From positions 3,730-67,729 of the IMG/VR virus record IMGVR_UViG_3300037247_000990: a stretch of DNA of 64,000 bases, one strand, 5' to 3'. The notes beneath the pieces were generated by a model. It did not search any database and had not been told where the DNA came from. It saw nothing but the letters and a program-made list of their open reading frames with translations. Source of the DNA: a virus. Shown here piece after piece: positions 35,750 to 45,417 of the stretch. The position numbers and the translations under genes are program-made. The stretch's first letter is position 1, and each line of letters opens with the position of its first letter.

Positions 35750-36042
35750 GACGTAAAGGCACTGGAAAATCCACCGCACATATTCGCGCTCGCCAGAAGT
35801 ATACGCTCAGCGACTTAGAAAGCCTCCTGGCTCTTGCCGGTAACAACGTGGTTGAAATCCTCCCCGATGGCGAAGTGAAGGTCCTCGACACCGACCCTGC
35901 CGTCGCCGAGGCGTTCAATGCTGGTCTCGAACGCGCGGCACGGTGGCACATGGGGAAGACTCGGGGGGGGCACTTATCAGAGCGAGGCGTCAGGTTGCAC
36001 AAGGCATTTGCCGCCTCCATCCGCGAGCTCAAGCGAAAATGA
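35746..36042 (+). CDS. Hypothetical protein
   Basis: ATGA-coupled at both ends; AGGAG SD. Confidence 0.5.
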   Translation: MRRKGTGKSTAHIRARQKYTLSDLESLLALAGNNVVEILPDGEVKVLDTDPAVAEAFNAGLERAARWHMGKTRGGHLSERGVRLHKAFAASIRELKRK

Positions 36043-36800
36043 AGATCGCGTCCGTCGATCTGGAAAACTCGGTCTTCTCGCAGAACGGCGAGGACGGGAT
36101 CATCGACTACCTCGTCGGCTGTGTCGACAGCGCGGCCTACGTTAAGAACAGCGAGCGCCGGTTCGTCGAGATCGGCTGTGGCAACGGCCGCGAGAACTGC
36201 ACCACCGCGCTTGCCGTAGAGGGCTGGCATGGCGTCGTGTTAGATCGCAAGCCGGCGCGGATCGACACGTACAAATACATCGCCAAGGAGCGGGGGTTCC
36301 ACCACCGGGTCAAAGCCTATGCCGTGGCGGCGACGCCGAATGCAGCGGCCGATCTGATCGAACTATTTGAGACCGCTTGCCCGTGCTTCTTCTCGCTCGA
36401 TATCGACGGACCGGACTGGCACGTCATGAAGGCGCTGCTCGAGGCTGGATTCCGCCCCAGCGTCTGTTGCCTCGAATACAACGCCGCTTTCGAGAACCGG
36501 CCGATCGTCGTTCGCCTTGAGGAAGCGCCGAAGAGGACCGATAACCTTTATTACGGCGCTGGTATCAAGGCTTGGCGCTATCTAATGGCGGGATATGGTT
36601 ATGAATTCGTCACCGTTGAATCAGCCGGCGTCAATGCCTTCTTCGTCCGCCGCGAAGATATGGAGATGCAGGAGATCGACAAGATCGAAGGCATCGATTG
36701 GGTCGATTGCGCCGTGTTCGCCGAGAAATATGGCCCCGCGCAGCAACGCTACAACGCTGTCATCGGCAAGCACAACTTTGTCCATGTGGCCAAGCCATGA
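36039..36800 (+). CDS. FkbM-like SAM-dependent methyltransferase
   Basis: SQNGEDGII, FVEIGCG, SLDIDG.DW, EYN and GVNAFFV. Confidence 0.8.
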   Translation: MKIASVDLENSVFSQNGEDGIIDYLVGCVDSAAYVKNSERRFVEIGCGNGRENCTTALAVEGWHGVVLDRKPARIDTYKYIAKERGFHHRVKAYAVAATPNAAADLIELFETACPCFFSLDIDGPDWHVMKALLEAGFRPSVCCLEYNAAFENRPIVVRLEEAPKRTDNLYYGAGIKAWRYLMAGYGYEFVTVESAGVNAFFVRREDMEMQEIDKIEGIDWVDCAVFAEKYGPAQQRYNAVIGKHNFVHVAKP

Positions 36801-37717
36801 AGATCGTCTTCTATCATTCGCTAAGGTTGACCACGGGCGAGGACGGCCACGAGGCCGTCGATATGACTAACAGGGAACTTCGCATCGGCGAGGCACTTAC
36901 CGAAGGGCTCCCGGTTCACGGCGACGAGCTGATCATGGTACCCAAGTCCGAGTGGCAGGGCCCGATGCAAGGAACGGACGCGGCGATGATGTTCGGCGTC
37001 AAGTCGCTGAAGATGTTCGCCCCCCACCTCGCCGCCGGCATTCCGGCGATTTACATCGATAAGGGCTATCTCGGCTCCAAGGGAGCCGAATCGAGAGCAC
37101 ATTTCTTCAAGTTCTCGGTCAACGCCATACACCCACTGTCATATTTCCAGACCGACCCACGGCCGCTTGATCGCCTCAAGAGGCTCAAGATTAAGCCGAA
37201 TAAATGGCGAGGCGGCGGCGACCATCTCAAGATTCTGGTGGCACTATCGAGCCAAAAATATTGCACATGGCATGGACAGGGAGACGCCACCAAATACGCC
37301 GCCAAACTCATCAAGGCAATCCATAAGGAGACCGGCGGCAAACGAATCATCGTCTACCGGCCGAAACCATCATGGAAATCGGCAGTCTCCATCAAGGATT
37401 ATGAATTTTCGCGGCCACCGGGCCGCATCCGTGACGTGCTGAAACAGGCCCATGTCCTCGTGACTCACGGCTCGAACGCTGCTATCGACGCCATCCTGGA
37501 GGGTGTCCCGGTGGTCGTCCTGGGGGCCGGGATCGCCCGGCCTATCGCCGGCCACACGATCAAGCATATCGCGAACCCATATTTCCCCTCTCATGACGAG
37601 GTCATCCAATGGCTGCGCGATATCGCTTATTGCCAATGGAGCATGGCCGAGCTTCGATCCGGCCTGGCGTGGGAGTACATCCGAAAGGACATCTGGAGGG
37701 AACTACGATGCCGTTGA
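36797..37717 (+). CDS. Capsule-biosynthesis (KpsS/KpsC-like GT-B) protein, paralog 3
   Basis: IDKGY, YRPKP, SNAAIDAILEGVPV and YCQWS..E...G.AW. Confidence 0.7.
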   Translation: MKIVFYHSLRLTTGEDGHEAVDMTNRELRIGEALTEGLPVHGDELIMVPKSEWQGPMQGTDAAMMFGVKSLKMFAPHLAAGIPAIYIDKGYLGSKGAESRAHFFKFSVNAIHPLSYFQTDPRPLDRLKRLKIKPNKWRGGGDHLKILVALSSQKYCTWHGQGDATKYAAKLIKAIHKETGGKRIIVYRPKPSWKSAVSIKDYEFSRPPGRIRDVLKQAHVLVTHGSNAAIDAILEGVPVVVLGAGIARPIAGHTIKHIANPYFPSHDEVIQWLRDIAYCQWSMAELRSGLAWEYIRKDIWRELRCR

Positions 37718-37980
37718 AGAGAGACGTTAAGAGGTTCTGGAAGCTGTTCCGGGCGACCCCTCTGAGAACCCTGTTCCTCGTCCTGAGCTATCGGCAACCG
37801 GAGCCATGGGAGCGCCGGTGGCATACGACGCGCCTGCGCATCCCCTTGGTGATCGAAGGCCGGAAAGTCTGCAACCGCAACGTCCAGATGAGGTGTGTGT
37901 ACCTCGGGTCGTGGTGGCTGGGCGACGACGCCTGGGCGCTGCGCCTGGGACCGAACCGCCCCGTGACGTTGATCCGATGA
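37708..37980 (+). CDS. Hypothetical protein
   Basis: GGAGG SD; coupled. Confidence 0.4.
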   Translation: MPLKRDVKRFWKLFRATPLRTLFLVLSYRQPEPWERRWHTTRLRIPLVIEGRKVCNRNVQMRCVYLGSWWLGDDAWALRLGPNRPVTLIR

Positions 37981-38120
37981 GCGTCGCCACCATGATATGG
38001 CTGGTTGCGATCACGGTCGTCTTGACTCTCATCCTGACGACCATCTTGCTGACCTGTGCGTGTACGCTCTATGTAGGCTTCTGGGTCAAGGACTCGATAT
38101 GGAGGATATTCGGAGGATGA
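37977..38120 (+). CDS. Small membrane protein
   Basis: Long hydrophobic stretch; ATGA overlaps. Confidence 0.45.
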   Translation: MSVATMIWLVAITVVLTLILTTILLTCACTLYVGFWVKDSIWRIFGG

Positions 38121-39130
38121 GGATCAGGATTCTTGGCGGCGGGTGGTACGGCTGCCACCTCGCCTGTCACCTACTCGACGCCGGCCACCAGGTCGAGCTG
38201 CACGAGATCAGGGACAGGCTGTTCGGCGGGGCATCAGGCTCCAACCCCGCCCGGCTCCACCTCGGATTTCACTACCCGCGTAGCCACCAGACGCGCGCCC
38301 TCTCGCAGTCCAACTATCGCGAGTTCATGGACGTTTACGGGAACCTGACGCGGGGAGTCGGCGTCAACATCTACGCCATCGCCAGCCGCGACTCGCTGGT
38401 GGACTTCGACAACTACGTCCAGACCCTTCGTGGCGAGCTGGAGTTCATCATCATTGAGCGGCCGGAGGAGTTCGGGCTGCAGAACGTCGAGGGCGCGATC
38501 CTAACCGGCGAACGGGTCTGCAACATCGACAAGGTTAGGGCACACTTCAACCTCCGGCTCGTGAACGTACTGCGGCTGTCGATGGCCCCGCCGGTCAGGC
38601 TGAACGACCCGGCGTGGGACTGGACGGTGGACTGCACGTTCTGCGCCCTGACCGAGGTCAATGTGGACCGATACGAGCCGTGCCTCACCCACGTCCTCGA
38701 CGGCCCCAAGGGCTTACCAGACATGTGCGTGACGATCATGGACGGACCGTTCCCCTCGATCTATGCGACCGGGACGAGCGGCAGGGCGACACTCACGTCA
38801 GCCAAATATACTCCCCTAAAACAATGCCATTCTTTTGAGGAGGCGGAACAGGTCCTGCGGGACCTCACGCCTCAGATGGTCGTCGACCACGGCATGGCGA
38901 GCATGGAGTTGATGGCCTACTACTGGCCCGAGGCCCGCAGATTATATCGACCCGGTAAACCTCGCCCCGCGATGCTCGCGATCCGCGCCATGCCCCGGAG
39001 CGGGGCCGACTCGCGAATGTACGAGATCATCCGCTCCGGCAACTGCCTGATCATCCGCGCCGGCAAGATCGACGCGATCTTCGTGACCGCGCGAAAAGTC
39101 CAGGAGATGATAGAGGAAGCTTCACCGTGA
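38117..39130 (+). CDS. FAD-dependent oxidoreductase
   Basis: IRILGGGWYG, GASGSNPARLHLGFHYPRS, MDGPF.S and GKID. Confidence 0.85.
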   Translation: MRIRILGGGWYGCHLACHLLDAGHQVELHEIRDRLFGGASGSNPARLHLGFHYPRSHQTRALSQSNYREFMDVYGNLTRGVGVNIYAIASRDSLVDFDNYVQTLRGELEFIIIERPEEFGLQNVEGAILTGERVCNIDKVRAHFNLRLVNVLRLSMAPPVRLNDPAWDWTVDCTFCALTEVNVDRYEPCLTHVLDGPKGLPDMCVTIMDGPFPSIYATGTSGRATLTSAKYTPLKQCHSFEEAEQVLRDLTPQMVVDHGMASMELMAYYWPEARRLYRPGKPRPAMLAIRAMPRSGADSRMYEIIRSGNCLIIRAGKIDAIFVTARKVQEMIEEASP

Positions 39131-39837
39131 TAGATTTGGCTATCACAGGCTACAACACGACCATCGTTCAGGCGCTGCTTCAAATCCTCTCCGACGCCCG
39201 TGAAAACAATAACCTTTCCCCCGAGACCATATCCCAGCTCTCGATGCACGAGATGATGGAGGCGGCGAAGGACGACGACTGCTCCGAGAAGGTCCTCTAT
39301 GGCGCGCACCACGCCGCCGACAACGTCCCTCTCGACGCCCGTCGCTACGTCTTCGCCCACGGCTACATGAACGACCGACCGATAGGTAGCCAGATGTCAT
39401 CGGAGATCGCGATATCGCTGATGGCGAACCTAACCTCGACTGTCCTCATGTGCGAGAGAATACTGGCCGCGAACAGCGAGGCGCGGATCGTCGTTCTCGG
39501 CTCGATGAGCGGTATCGATGGATCTCACGACACCACCTACACCATAGCAAAAGCTGGCCTCCACAAGTACGTCGAGACCCGCCGAGTAACGGCCGATCAG
39601 CAGCTCGTCGCAGTCGCTCCCACGATCATCTGGGACAGCGGCATGACCCGACGCCGAAACGACCTGGACGAGATTATGAAACGGGCGCAGACTTGGCCGA
39701 AGAAGCGTTGTATGTCGGCCATGGAGGTAGCCCGGCTGATCTACTTCCTGCTGTGGGAAGACCTGGGCTACATCACCAACTGCGTGATCCCCGTCGATGG
39801 CGGTAAGCACGCGACTATGAAAGGAAGTGGACCATGA
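39127..39837 (+). CDS. Short-chain dehydrogenase/reductase-like protein
   Basis: GSMSG, YTIAK (YxxxK) and YITNCVIPVDGG. Confidence 0.75.
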   Translation: MIDLAITGYNTTIVQALLQILSDARENNNLSPETISQLSMHEMMEAAKDDDCSEKVLYGAHHAADNVPLDARRYVFAHGYMNDRPIGSQMSSEIAISLMANLTSTVLMCERILAANSEARIVVLGSMSGIDGSHDTTYTIAKAGLHKYVETRRVTADQQLVAVAPTIIWDSGMTRRRNDLDEIMKRAQTWPKKRCMSAMEVARLIYFLLWEDLGYITNCVIPVDGGKHATMKGSGP

Positions 39838-40013
39838 CCTTTCTTGAAACGATGTTGCTCGGGGGGCTTATCTTGAGCCTCGCGATCATAGTCTCTCTCG
39901 GGATTATATTATATATACAGGTGAACCACCTGCGAAATCTGCGCATGATTAAAGAAAATGTCCGGCGGGCCGAGGCGGCACGGGAACGTCGGCGGGAGCC
40001 CTGGGCAACATGA
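39834..40013 (+). CDS. Small membrane protein (59 aa)
   Basis: Hand-translated MTFLETMLLGGLILSLAIIVSLGIILYIQ...; ATGA-coupled. Confidence 0.45.
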   Translation: MTFLETMLLGGLILSLAIIVSLGIILYIQVNHLRNLRMIKENVRRAEAARERRREPWAT

Positions 40014-40149
40014 TGCGGCTCCTAGCCAAGATTTTCGGGACGTATGTCGTTTTCGGCGGGCTTGACGAGACCGACGAAATTCGCGGTTGGATTTGGCGCG
40101 AACGGCTTTATTTCGACCGAAGAGAACGCAAGAAATATTGGTGGGTAAC

Positions 40150-40938
40150 ATGAGTGTCACCGTCGTTACCGGCTTCTCGCCGGAAGGCCTAAACGAGTAC
40201 GGCTGGAACTTCATAAAGAGCTTCTGCGAGAACTGGCCGGTAGAGGTCATGCTGGTCATGTACGTGGAGGCGCCCATCTTTGACATCCGGCTCACCCCCA
40301 TCGACAAGTTCATCGGCGGCAAGCGGCGGCGTGTGGAGATACGGCTACTCTTGGAAGCCCGGGGCTGCGCTGAGTTCATCGCCCGCCACAAGGACAACCC
40401 GGCGGCATGTGGGACCGACGTTCAATCGAACTGGAAGGAACGAGAGCGGGACGAAGGCTATAACTTCCGCTTCGACGCCGTCAAGTTCTGCCGCATGGCG
40501 ATGTTCGCCGCCGACGCCGCGCGCAAGATCGAACCGGGCCGCATCCTCGTGTGGCTAGACGGCGACGTGATGACCAAGCGTCCGGTGCCGGAGAACTTCG
40601 TCGAGGGTCTGATCGGTGATCACGAAGTCTGCTATCTGGGGCGCGAGCCGAAGCACCCGGATACCGCCTTCGTCGCGTTTCAAGACGAAGGTCTGGCTGT
40701 CGCGCGGCACTGGGGCAATATATACGAGGACGATGCAGTGTTTCATTTACCGGAGACGCACAGCGCATTCGTCCTGAGATGTGTCATGAAGGGCATGGAA
40801 AATCTAGGTCTCGACGCCCTCAACCTCACCCCGAAGGGTCGCGGCCACGTCTGGTTCCAGTCGCCGCTGGCTCAGTACATGGACCATCTCAAGGGCCAGA
40901 AGCGCAAGCGCAGAGGCCGCAGCAAGGAGTGGAAATAA
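40150..40938 (+). CDS. GT-A-type glycosyltransferase
   Basis: VTGFS..G...YG, FRFDAVKFC, WLDGD (DxD) and HLKG. Confidence 0.75.
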   Translation: MSVTVVTGFSPEGLNEYGWNFIKSFCENWPVEVMLVMYVEAPIFDIRLTPIDKFIGGKRRRVEIRLLLEARGCAEFIARHKDNPAACGTDVQSNWKERERDEGYNFRFDAVKFCRMAMFAADAARKIEPGRILVWLDGDVMTKRPVPENFVEGLIGDHEVCYLGREPKHPDTAFVAFQDEGLAVARHWGNIYEDDAVFHLPETHSAFVLRCVMKGMENLGLDALNLTPKGRGHVWFQSPLAQYMDHLKGQKRKRRGRSKEWK

Positions 40939-40986
40939 GGACACGGCCTACGCCGAGGAGTATCGGTCCTATCTGGAGGAGAAGCC

Positions 40987-41211
40987 ATGAAGATGGAAGA
41001 CATCGAACATATCGACGTAAGCATTCACATGATAGGCAAGAGCGGGCGAGTAACTACGGTGTCCAAAACATTTCGGCATCCGATCAGTCTGGTGTTTGAT
41101 CAACAGCTCGAACAGGTGCCCGGAGATGACCCCTGGCTTCATCGACGGCCTACCGGGTACCAGACCATCAAGATTTCGGGCTACGTCGAGGATACCTCCT
41201 CCCTGAAATAA
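40987..41211 (+). CDS. Hypothetical protein
   Basis: GGAGGAG SD. Confidence 0.5.
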   Translation: MKMEDIEHIDVSIHMIGKSGRVTTVSKTFRHPISLVFDQQLEQVPGDDPWLHRRPTGYQTIKISGYVEDTSSLK

Positions 41212-41225
41212 CAGCCCTCCCGGCC

Positions 41226-41258
41226 CTACGTCACTGACGTAGTACGTCGCTGACGTAG
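41226..41258. promoter_or_regulatory. Tandem palindromes (putative operator)
   Basis: CTACGTCA-C-TGACGTAG directly followed by TACGTC-GCT-GACGTAG. Confidence 0.5.
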
Positions 41259-41382
41259 CACGAGGGGCGACGCCTAGAGACGCCCTCCCCTCGATACTAC
41301 CCGGCGACGGAATTAAGCCTCCGCAGGCCTCATCCGGGCACGTTCTCTATAACACCGAGGGCCGGCTCGGCCAAGAGTGTCA

Positions 41383-41413
41383 TTGACCTCCCTTATACTG
41401 GTGGGGCTATAGC
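41383..41413 (+). promoter_or_regulatory. Putative promoter for the tail operon
   Basis: TTGACC-N17-GCTATAGC upstream of the tail tube gene. Confidence 0.45.
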
Positions 41414-41440
41414 AACCACCATGTAAGGATGGAGGTCTCC

Positions 41441-41860
41441 ATGGCCGTACAAAAGGGCCGTAATCTTCTCATCAAAGTAAACGACGGCAGCTCGCCCGAG
41501 TCGTTCACCACGATAGCCGGGGTTCGGTCCCGGACTATCACCATCAACCAGGAGCTGGTGGACATCACCGACTCCGACAACGCGCCGTGGCGGTCGCTCC
41601 TGACCGACGCGGGTCTCAAGTCCTTCTCGATCACCGTCTCGGGCATCTTCAAGGACGACACCGGCCAGCGGCGCATGAAGGACCTCGCCTTCTCGGGTGA
41701 ACTCGAATCCTTCCAGATCGTCTTCGGCAACGGCGACACCATGGACGGCGAGTTCCTGGTGGCGTCCATCGAGGAGGGCGGCGAGCACGTGGGCGAGCAG
41801 ACGTTCAACTTCACGCTCGAATCCTCCGGCAAGCCGACGTTCGTCCGCGCCGTCCCGTAG
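41441..41860 (+). CDS. Major tail tube protein (TP901-1/GTA-like)
   Basis: MAVQKGRNLLIK, VDITDSD..WR.LL..AG, VSGIF.D and LESSG. Confidence 0.9.
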   Translation: MAVQKGRNLLIKVNDGSSPESFTTIAGVRSRTITINQELVDITDSDNAPWRSLLTDAGLKSFSITVSGIFKDDTGQRRMKDLAFSGELESFQIVFGNGDTMDGEFLVASIEEGGEHVGEQTFNFTLESSGKPTFVRAVP

Positions 41861-41872
41861 GGGTGAGATCAG

Positions 41873-42286
41873 ATGGTTGCTGATCCGTTTCGCGGTGAGG
41901 CCGATGTCGAGCTCAGTGGCAAGAAGTACGTCCTGAAACTAGACCTCCGCGCCATGCGGATGGCCGAGATCAAAGCCAACAGCAGTTGGCAGAACCTGAT
42001 CTCCCGGGCGTTCTCCGGGGAGCTGCGCATCGACGACATCGCCGCGATCATCTGGGGCGGCATGATAGGTAGCGGCGTTGATGATCCTCCCGAATTCGAG
42101 GAGGTTGCCGAGATGGTGTTTGCCGAGGGGCTGGTGAAGACCAACGTCATCGCGCGAGACCTCATGCTCCTTCAAGCTATCGGCCAAGAACGGGTCGATG
42201 AAGTGTCAAAATTACTGGAAGGGTTGGGTGGGAAGATGGAGGAGGAGATTCCGAAGACGATCGGGAACAGTTCTGGGTCCGAATAA
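41873..42286 (+). CDS. Tail assembly chaperone (GTA gp10-like)
   Basis: M.A.P.RGE..V.L.G..Y.L.L motif; follows the tail tube gene. Confidence 0.75.
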   Translation: MVADPFRGEADVELSGKKYVLKLDLRAMRMAEIKANSSWQNLISRAFSGELRIDDIAAIIWGGMIGSGVDDPPEFEEVAEMVFAEGLVKTNVIARDLMLLQAIGQERVDEVSKLLEGLGGKMEEEIPKTIGNSSGSE

Positions 42287-42543
42287 TGGAGCTGGGGCTC
42301 GGCCACCTCGGCATGACGCCCGGTCAGCTCTGGTGCCTAACCTTCCCCGAGTGGAACGCCAAGCTGCGGGGGTTTATGGAGTTCCACGGTATCAAGCCGC
42401 AAGCCGCGCCGATGACGCGCAAAGAGATGGACGCCATGATCGAGGAGTTCCCCGATGGGGTCATCTCCCTTGATGAGCGCCGCCGTCGGAAGAAACTGGG
42501 AAACGAGTTGGACAAGGTAGATGGCGGCCGCGACAGTCGATGA
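42286..42543 (+). CDS. Tail assembly chaperone 2
   Basis: GLG.LG..P..LW.LT..E...PMTR.EMDAM...FPD. Confidence 0.75.
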   Translation: MELGLGHLGMTPGQLWCLTFPEWNAKLRGFMEFHGIKPQAAPMTRKEMDAMIEEFPDGVISLDERRRRKKLGNELDKVDGGRDSR

Positions 42544-44800
42544 GATCCGAGTCCTGCTAAAGGCCCAGACGGCGAACTTCGAGCGCAAGATGAAACGCGC
42601 CGGCAAGACCGTTCAAAAGAGCGGTAAGCAGATGGAGAAATCTGCTAAGGGAGCGAGTAGCCAGTTCAAGAATCTTACCTCCAGCGTTACCCTGGTCAAT
42701 GGCCCGCTGTCGGGCGTCGGTGCCCGATTCCAGGCAGCCAACGCCATCTTTACCCGCACTAATTTCCTACTGGCCGGCACGCTCCTAGCCGTCGCCGGGC
42801 TCACCGCCGCGCTAAAGAAGTCAATCACCGCGTTCTCCCAGAACGAACGCGCTCTGGGGCGTATCGAGGCGCTGATTAAATCGACCGGTGGGGCTGCAAG
42901 GTTGACCACCGATGATATCGACAACCTAGCCATCTCAATGGACCGGGCGACCCTGGGCACGCGTATTGGATTCCTCGAAGCGTCAGCGGTCCTCCTGTCA
43001 TTCAAGGAAATCACTGGCGATACCTTCAAGGCCGCCCTGGAGGGCGCGGCCAATATCTCCGAGATCATGGGTACCGATCTCCGCTCGGCGGCCTTGCAGC
43101 TCGGCAAGGCGCTGCAGGACCCGGCCATCGGGCTGTCGATGCTACGGCGAGCTGGTGTCAGCTTCTCTCCTGCCGCCAGAGATGTGATCATCGACTTCGT
43201 CAACATGGGGGAGAAGGCCAAGGCGCTCGACCTTATTTTGCAGGGCGTCGAGGGTCAGATCGGCGGCGCGGCCAGGGGTGCGGCGCGTGGCGTCGCCGGG
43301 GCGGCAGATGATCTCGGCGCTTCGCTCAGTGATCTCTCGGTTAGTCTCGGCAAAATCACTGCCGATTTCCTAAGATTGAAAGAAGTAGCCAAAAGCTCTG
43401 CATCTTTTTTCGACCGCCTTAATACTATCTTGGGTGGACTTGGCAAGACCATCGAGGAAAAACCGCTGGGTTCCCTCGAACGAGAACTCTTTATCGTCAA
43501 TAAAAGGATTAATGAGCTCGAGCGAGACATCGCCATCGTCGGCAAGTCGCTGCGCGGCCGCTTCGATCCCGAAGGCGCTGGCCTTACCCGTATGAACAAA
43601 CAACTTTCCGAGCAGATCATTCTTTTCGACCGAATCGAGGCGCAGATCAATAAGCTGAGGCGGACGGGCGACGAACTAATAAAGGTCAGGACCGTTGATG
43701 AAGAACTCCCCGAGAAGGTCCGCAAGGTCATCAAGGAGCTGGAGCGGGAGGCGGCGGCGCTCGGGAAAACCGGCGTCAGGTTGGCGCTGTTCAATGCGCT
43801 TCACAAGGCCGGCCTGAAGGAAGGCAGCAAGTTCGAGGCAAGAATCCGGGCGCTGGTAGAGGCCATCGACGATGAGACCCGCGCGATCTCCGAGGCCGAC
43901 CGCCTGTACTCAGACCTGGTTGCCGCCCGCAAACAGGACCGGGACGAGGTGCTGCGCCAGGCGGAGGCCGAGACCGATCTGTTCAAGGGACTGCACCGCG
44001 AGGCCGATGAGCTCCAAAGGCTGATCATCGCCCAGAAGAAGGGCAACCGCGAACGCCGTATTACCGAGATCGTCATGGAGAAGCAGGCGGCGGCGCAGGC
44101 GGCAAATATCAACTTGACCAAGAAGGAAGAAACGGCGATCCGAGCCAAGGCGGCAGCCATCGTTTCACTGCAGGACGACCTCGAGAACGTCACCGAGGCG
44201 ACAGTCGACTGGGACGAGGAGATCAAGGGCCTGAACCGCGTGGCGATGGAGACCTTGCAGCAGAACATCATCGACGTTGCGGCCGGGACCAAGAGCCTGG
44301 GGGACGCCTGGCGCGAGACCGGGCGGATTATCCTTAACGAGCTGAACAGGATCATCGTCAAGATGATCTTCGCCTCCAATATTGGCGAGAGCGGCAGCGG
44401 CAGCGGCTTCTTCGGCGACCTCCTGAAAGGCATCTTCGGGTTCTTCTCCGGCAGCGGCGGTACTACGTCGTCAGCCGGCGCTCAAGGGGCTGAGGGCCTT
44501 CTCCAGGGGGGAGGCCGCGTAACGGCCGGCGCGACTATCATCGGCGGTGAGCGCCGCCCCGAGCTGTTCATCCCCGACCAGCCCGGTCGCGTCGTGTCGC
44601 GCATCTTCCCGTCCATGCTGGAGGGACAGGGGGGGCCGACTCTGATCTTCGAAAATAACTTCTCCATAGGGGTCGCCGAGGCGGCGCGCCGGGAGATCAC
44701 GGCGGCCATGCCGCAGATCATGGACGCCGCCAACGAGCACGTAATGCGGCAGATCAACCTCGGCGGCCGCGAGGCCCGCGTCGTGCAGAGGAAGCGATAA
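42521..44800 (+). CDS. Tape measure protein
   Basis: Long Ala-rich helical protein; QLGKALQDP..G; C-terminal GGRV...GERRPELFIP. Confidence 0.9.
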   Translation: MAAATVDEIRVLLKAQTANFERKMKRAGKTVQKSGKQMEKSAKGASSQFKNLTSSVTLVNGPLSGVGARFQAANAIFTRTNFLLAGTLLAVAGLTAALKKSITAFSQNERALGRIEALIKSTGGAARLTTDDIDNLAISMDRATLGTRIGFLEASAVLLSFKEITGDTFKAALEGAANISEIMGTDLRSAALQLGKALQDPAIGLSMLRRAGVSFSPAARDVIIDFVNMGEKAKALDLILQGVEGQIGGAARGAARGVAGAADDLGASLSDLSVSLGKITADFLRLKEVAKSSASFFDRLNTILGGLGKTIEEKPLGSLERELFIVNKRINELERDIAIVGKSLRGRFDPEGAGLTRMNKQLSEQIILFDRIEAQINKLRRTGDELIKVRTVDEELPEKVRKVIKELEREAAALGKTGVRLALFNALHKAGLKEGSKFEARIRALVEAIDDETRAISEADRLYSDLVAARKQDRDEVLRQAEAETDLFKGLHREADELQRLIIAQKKGNRERRITEIVMEKQAAAQAANINLTKKEETAIRAKAAAIVSLQDDLENVTEATVDWDEEIKGLNRVAMETLQQNIIDVAAGTKSLGDAWRETGRIILNELNRIIVKMIFASNIGESGSGSGFFGDLLKGIFGFFSGSGGTTSSAGAQGAEGLLQGGGRVTAGATIIGGERRPELFIPDQPGRVVSRIFPSMLEGQGGPTLIFENNFSIGVAEAARREITAAMPQIMDAANEHVMRQINLGGREARVVQRKR

Positions 44801-45417
44801 TGGCGGCTATAGCCTACCCTACCGCTCCGGCGTTCATTTCCGTACGTTGGGGAGGGGCGTGGAACACCCAGGTCTTTACCAGCCCGATTACCGAGAGTAT
44901 CCAGACCCTCGGGCTGACCGGCGACCGATGGATGGGCCAGTGGACGTTTCCGCCGCTCAAAAATGACGCGTTGATCGCCGAGTGGGAGTCGTTCTTCATG
45001 GAGATGGAGGGGAGGGCCGGGCGCTTCCTGGGGCGCATCCCCTTCCGCGCCAAGACCAGGGGGCCGGCCTCGGGATCGCCGGCTATTCTTGGCGCGGATC
45101 AGTCCGGCTCCACTGTCATCACCAATGGGTGGACCCCCAACGTCAACGGCATCCTTCTCAAGGGCGACTACGTCAAGCTACCGAACGGAGCGGAGGGCGA
45201 GGCGAAGCTGCTACTGGCCGACGCCAACACCGACGGCTCCGGTGCCTCGACGCTCTCCATCAAGCCGGCAATCCGAACCGCGCCGACAGACAGTGGGGCG
45301 ATCATCGTCACCGACGTCACCGTCGAGATGATGCAGGCGTCCGACGAGATCACCTGGGACATCGACAAGTTCGGCAAGTATCGTTTCACGCTGGCCGGGA
45401 TCGAGGCGTTCGCATGA
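44800..45417 (+). CDS. Distal tail protein
   Basis: Follows the tape measure gene; FTSP...Q...G.RW and LLKGDY. Confidence 0.65.
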   Translation: MAAIAYPTAPAFISVRWGGAWNTQVFTSPITESIQTLGLTGDRWMGQWTFPPLKNDALIAEWESFFMEMEGRAGRFLGRIPFRAKTRGPASGSPAILGADQSGSTVITNGWTPNVNGILLKGDYVKLPNGAEGEAKLLLADANTDGSGASTLSIKPAIRTAPTDSGAIIVTDVTVEMMQASDEITWDIDKFGKYRFTLAGIEAFA

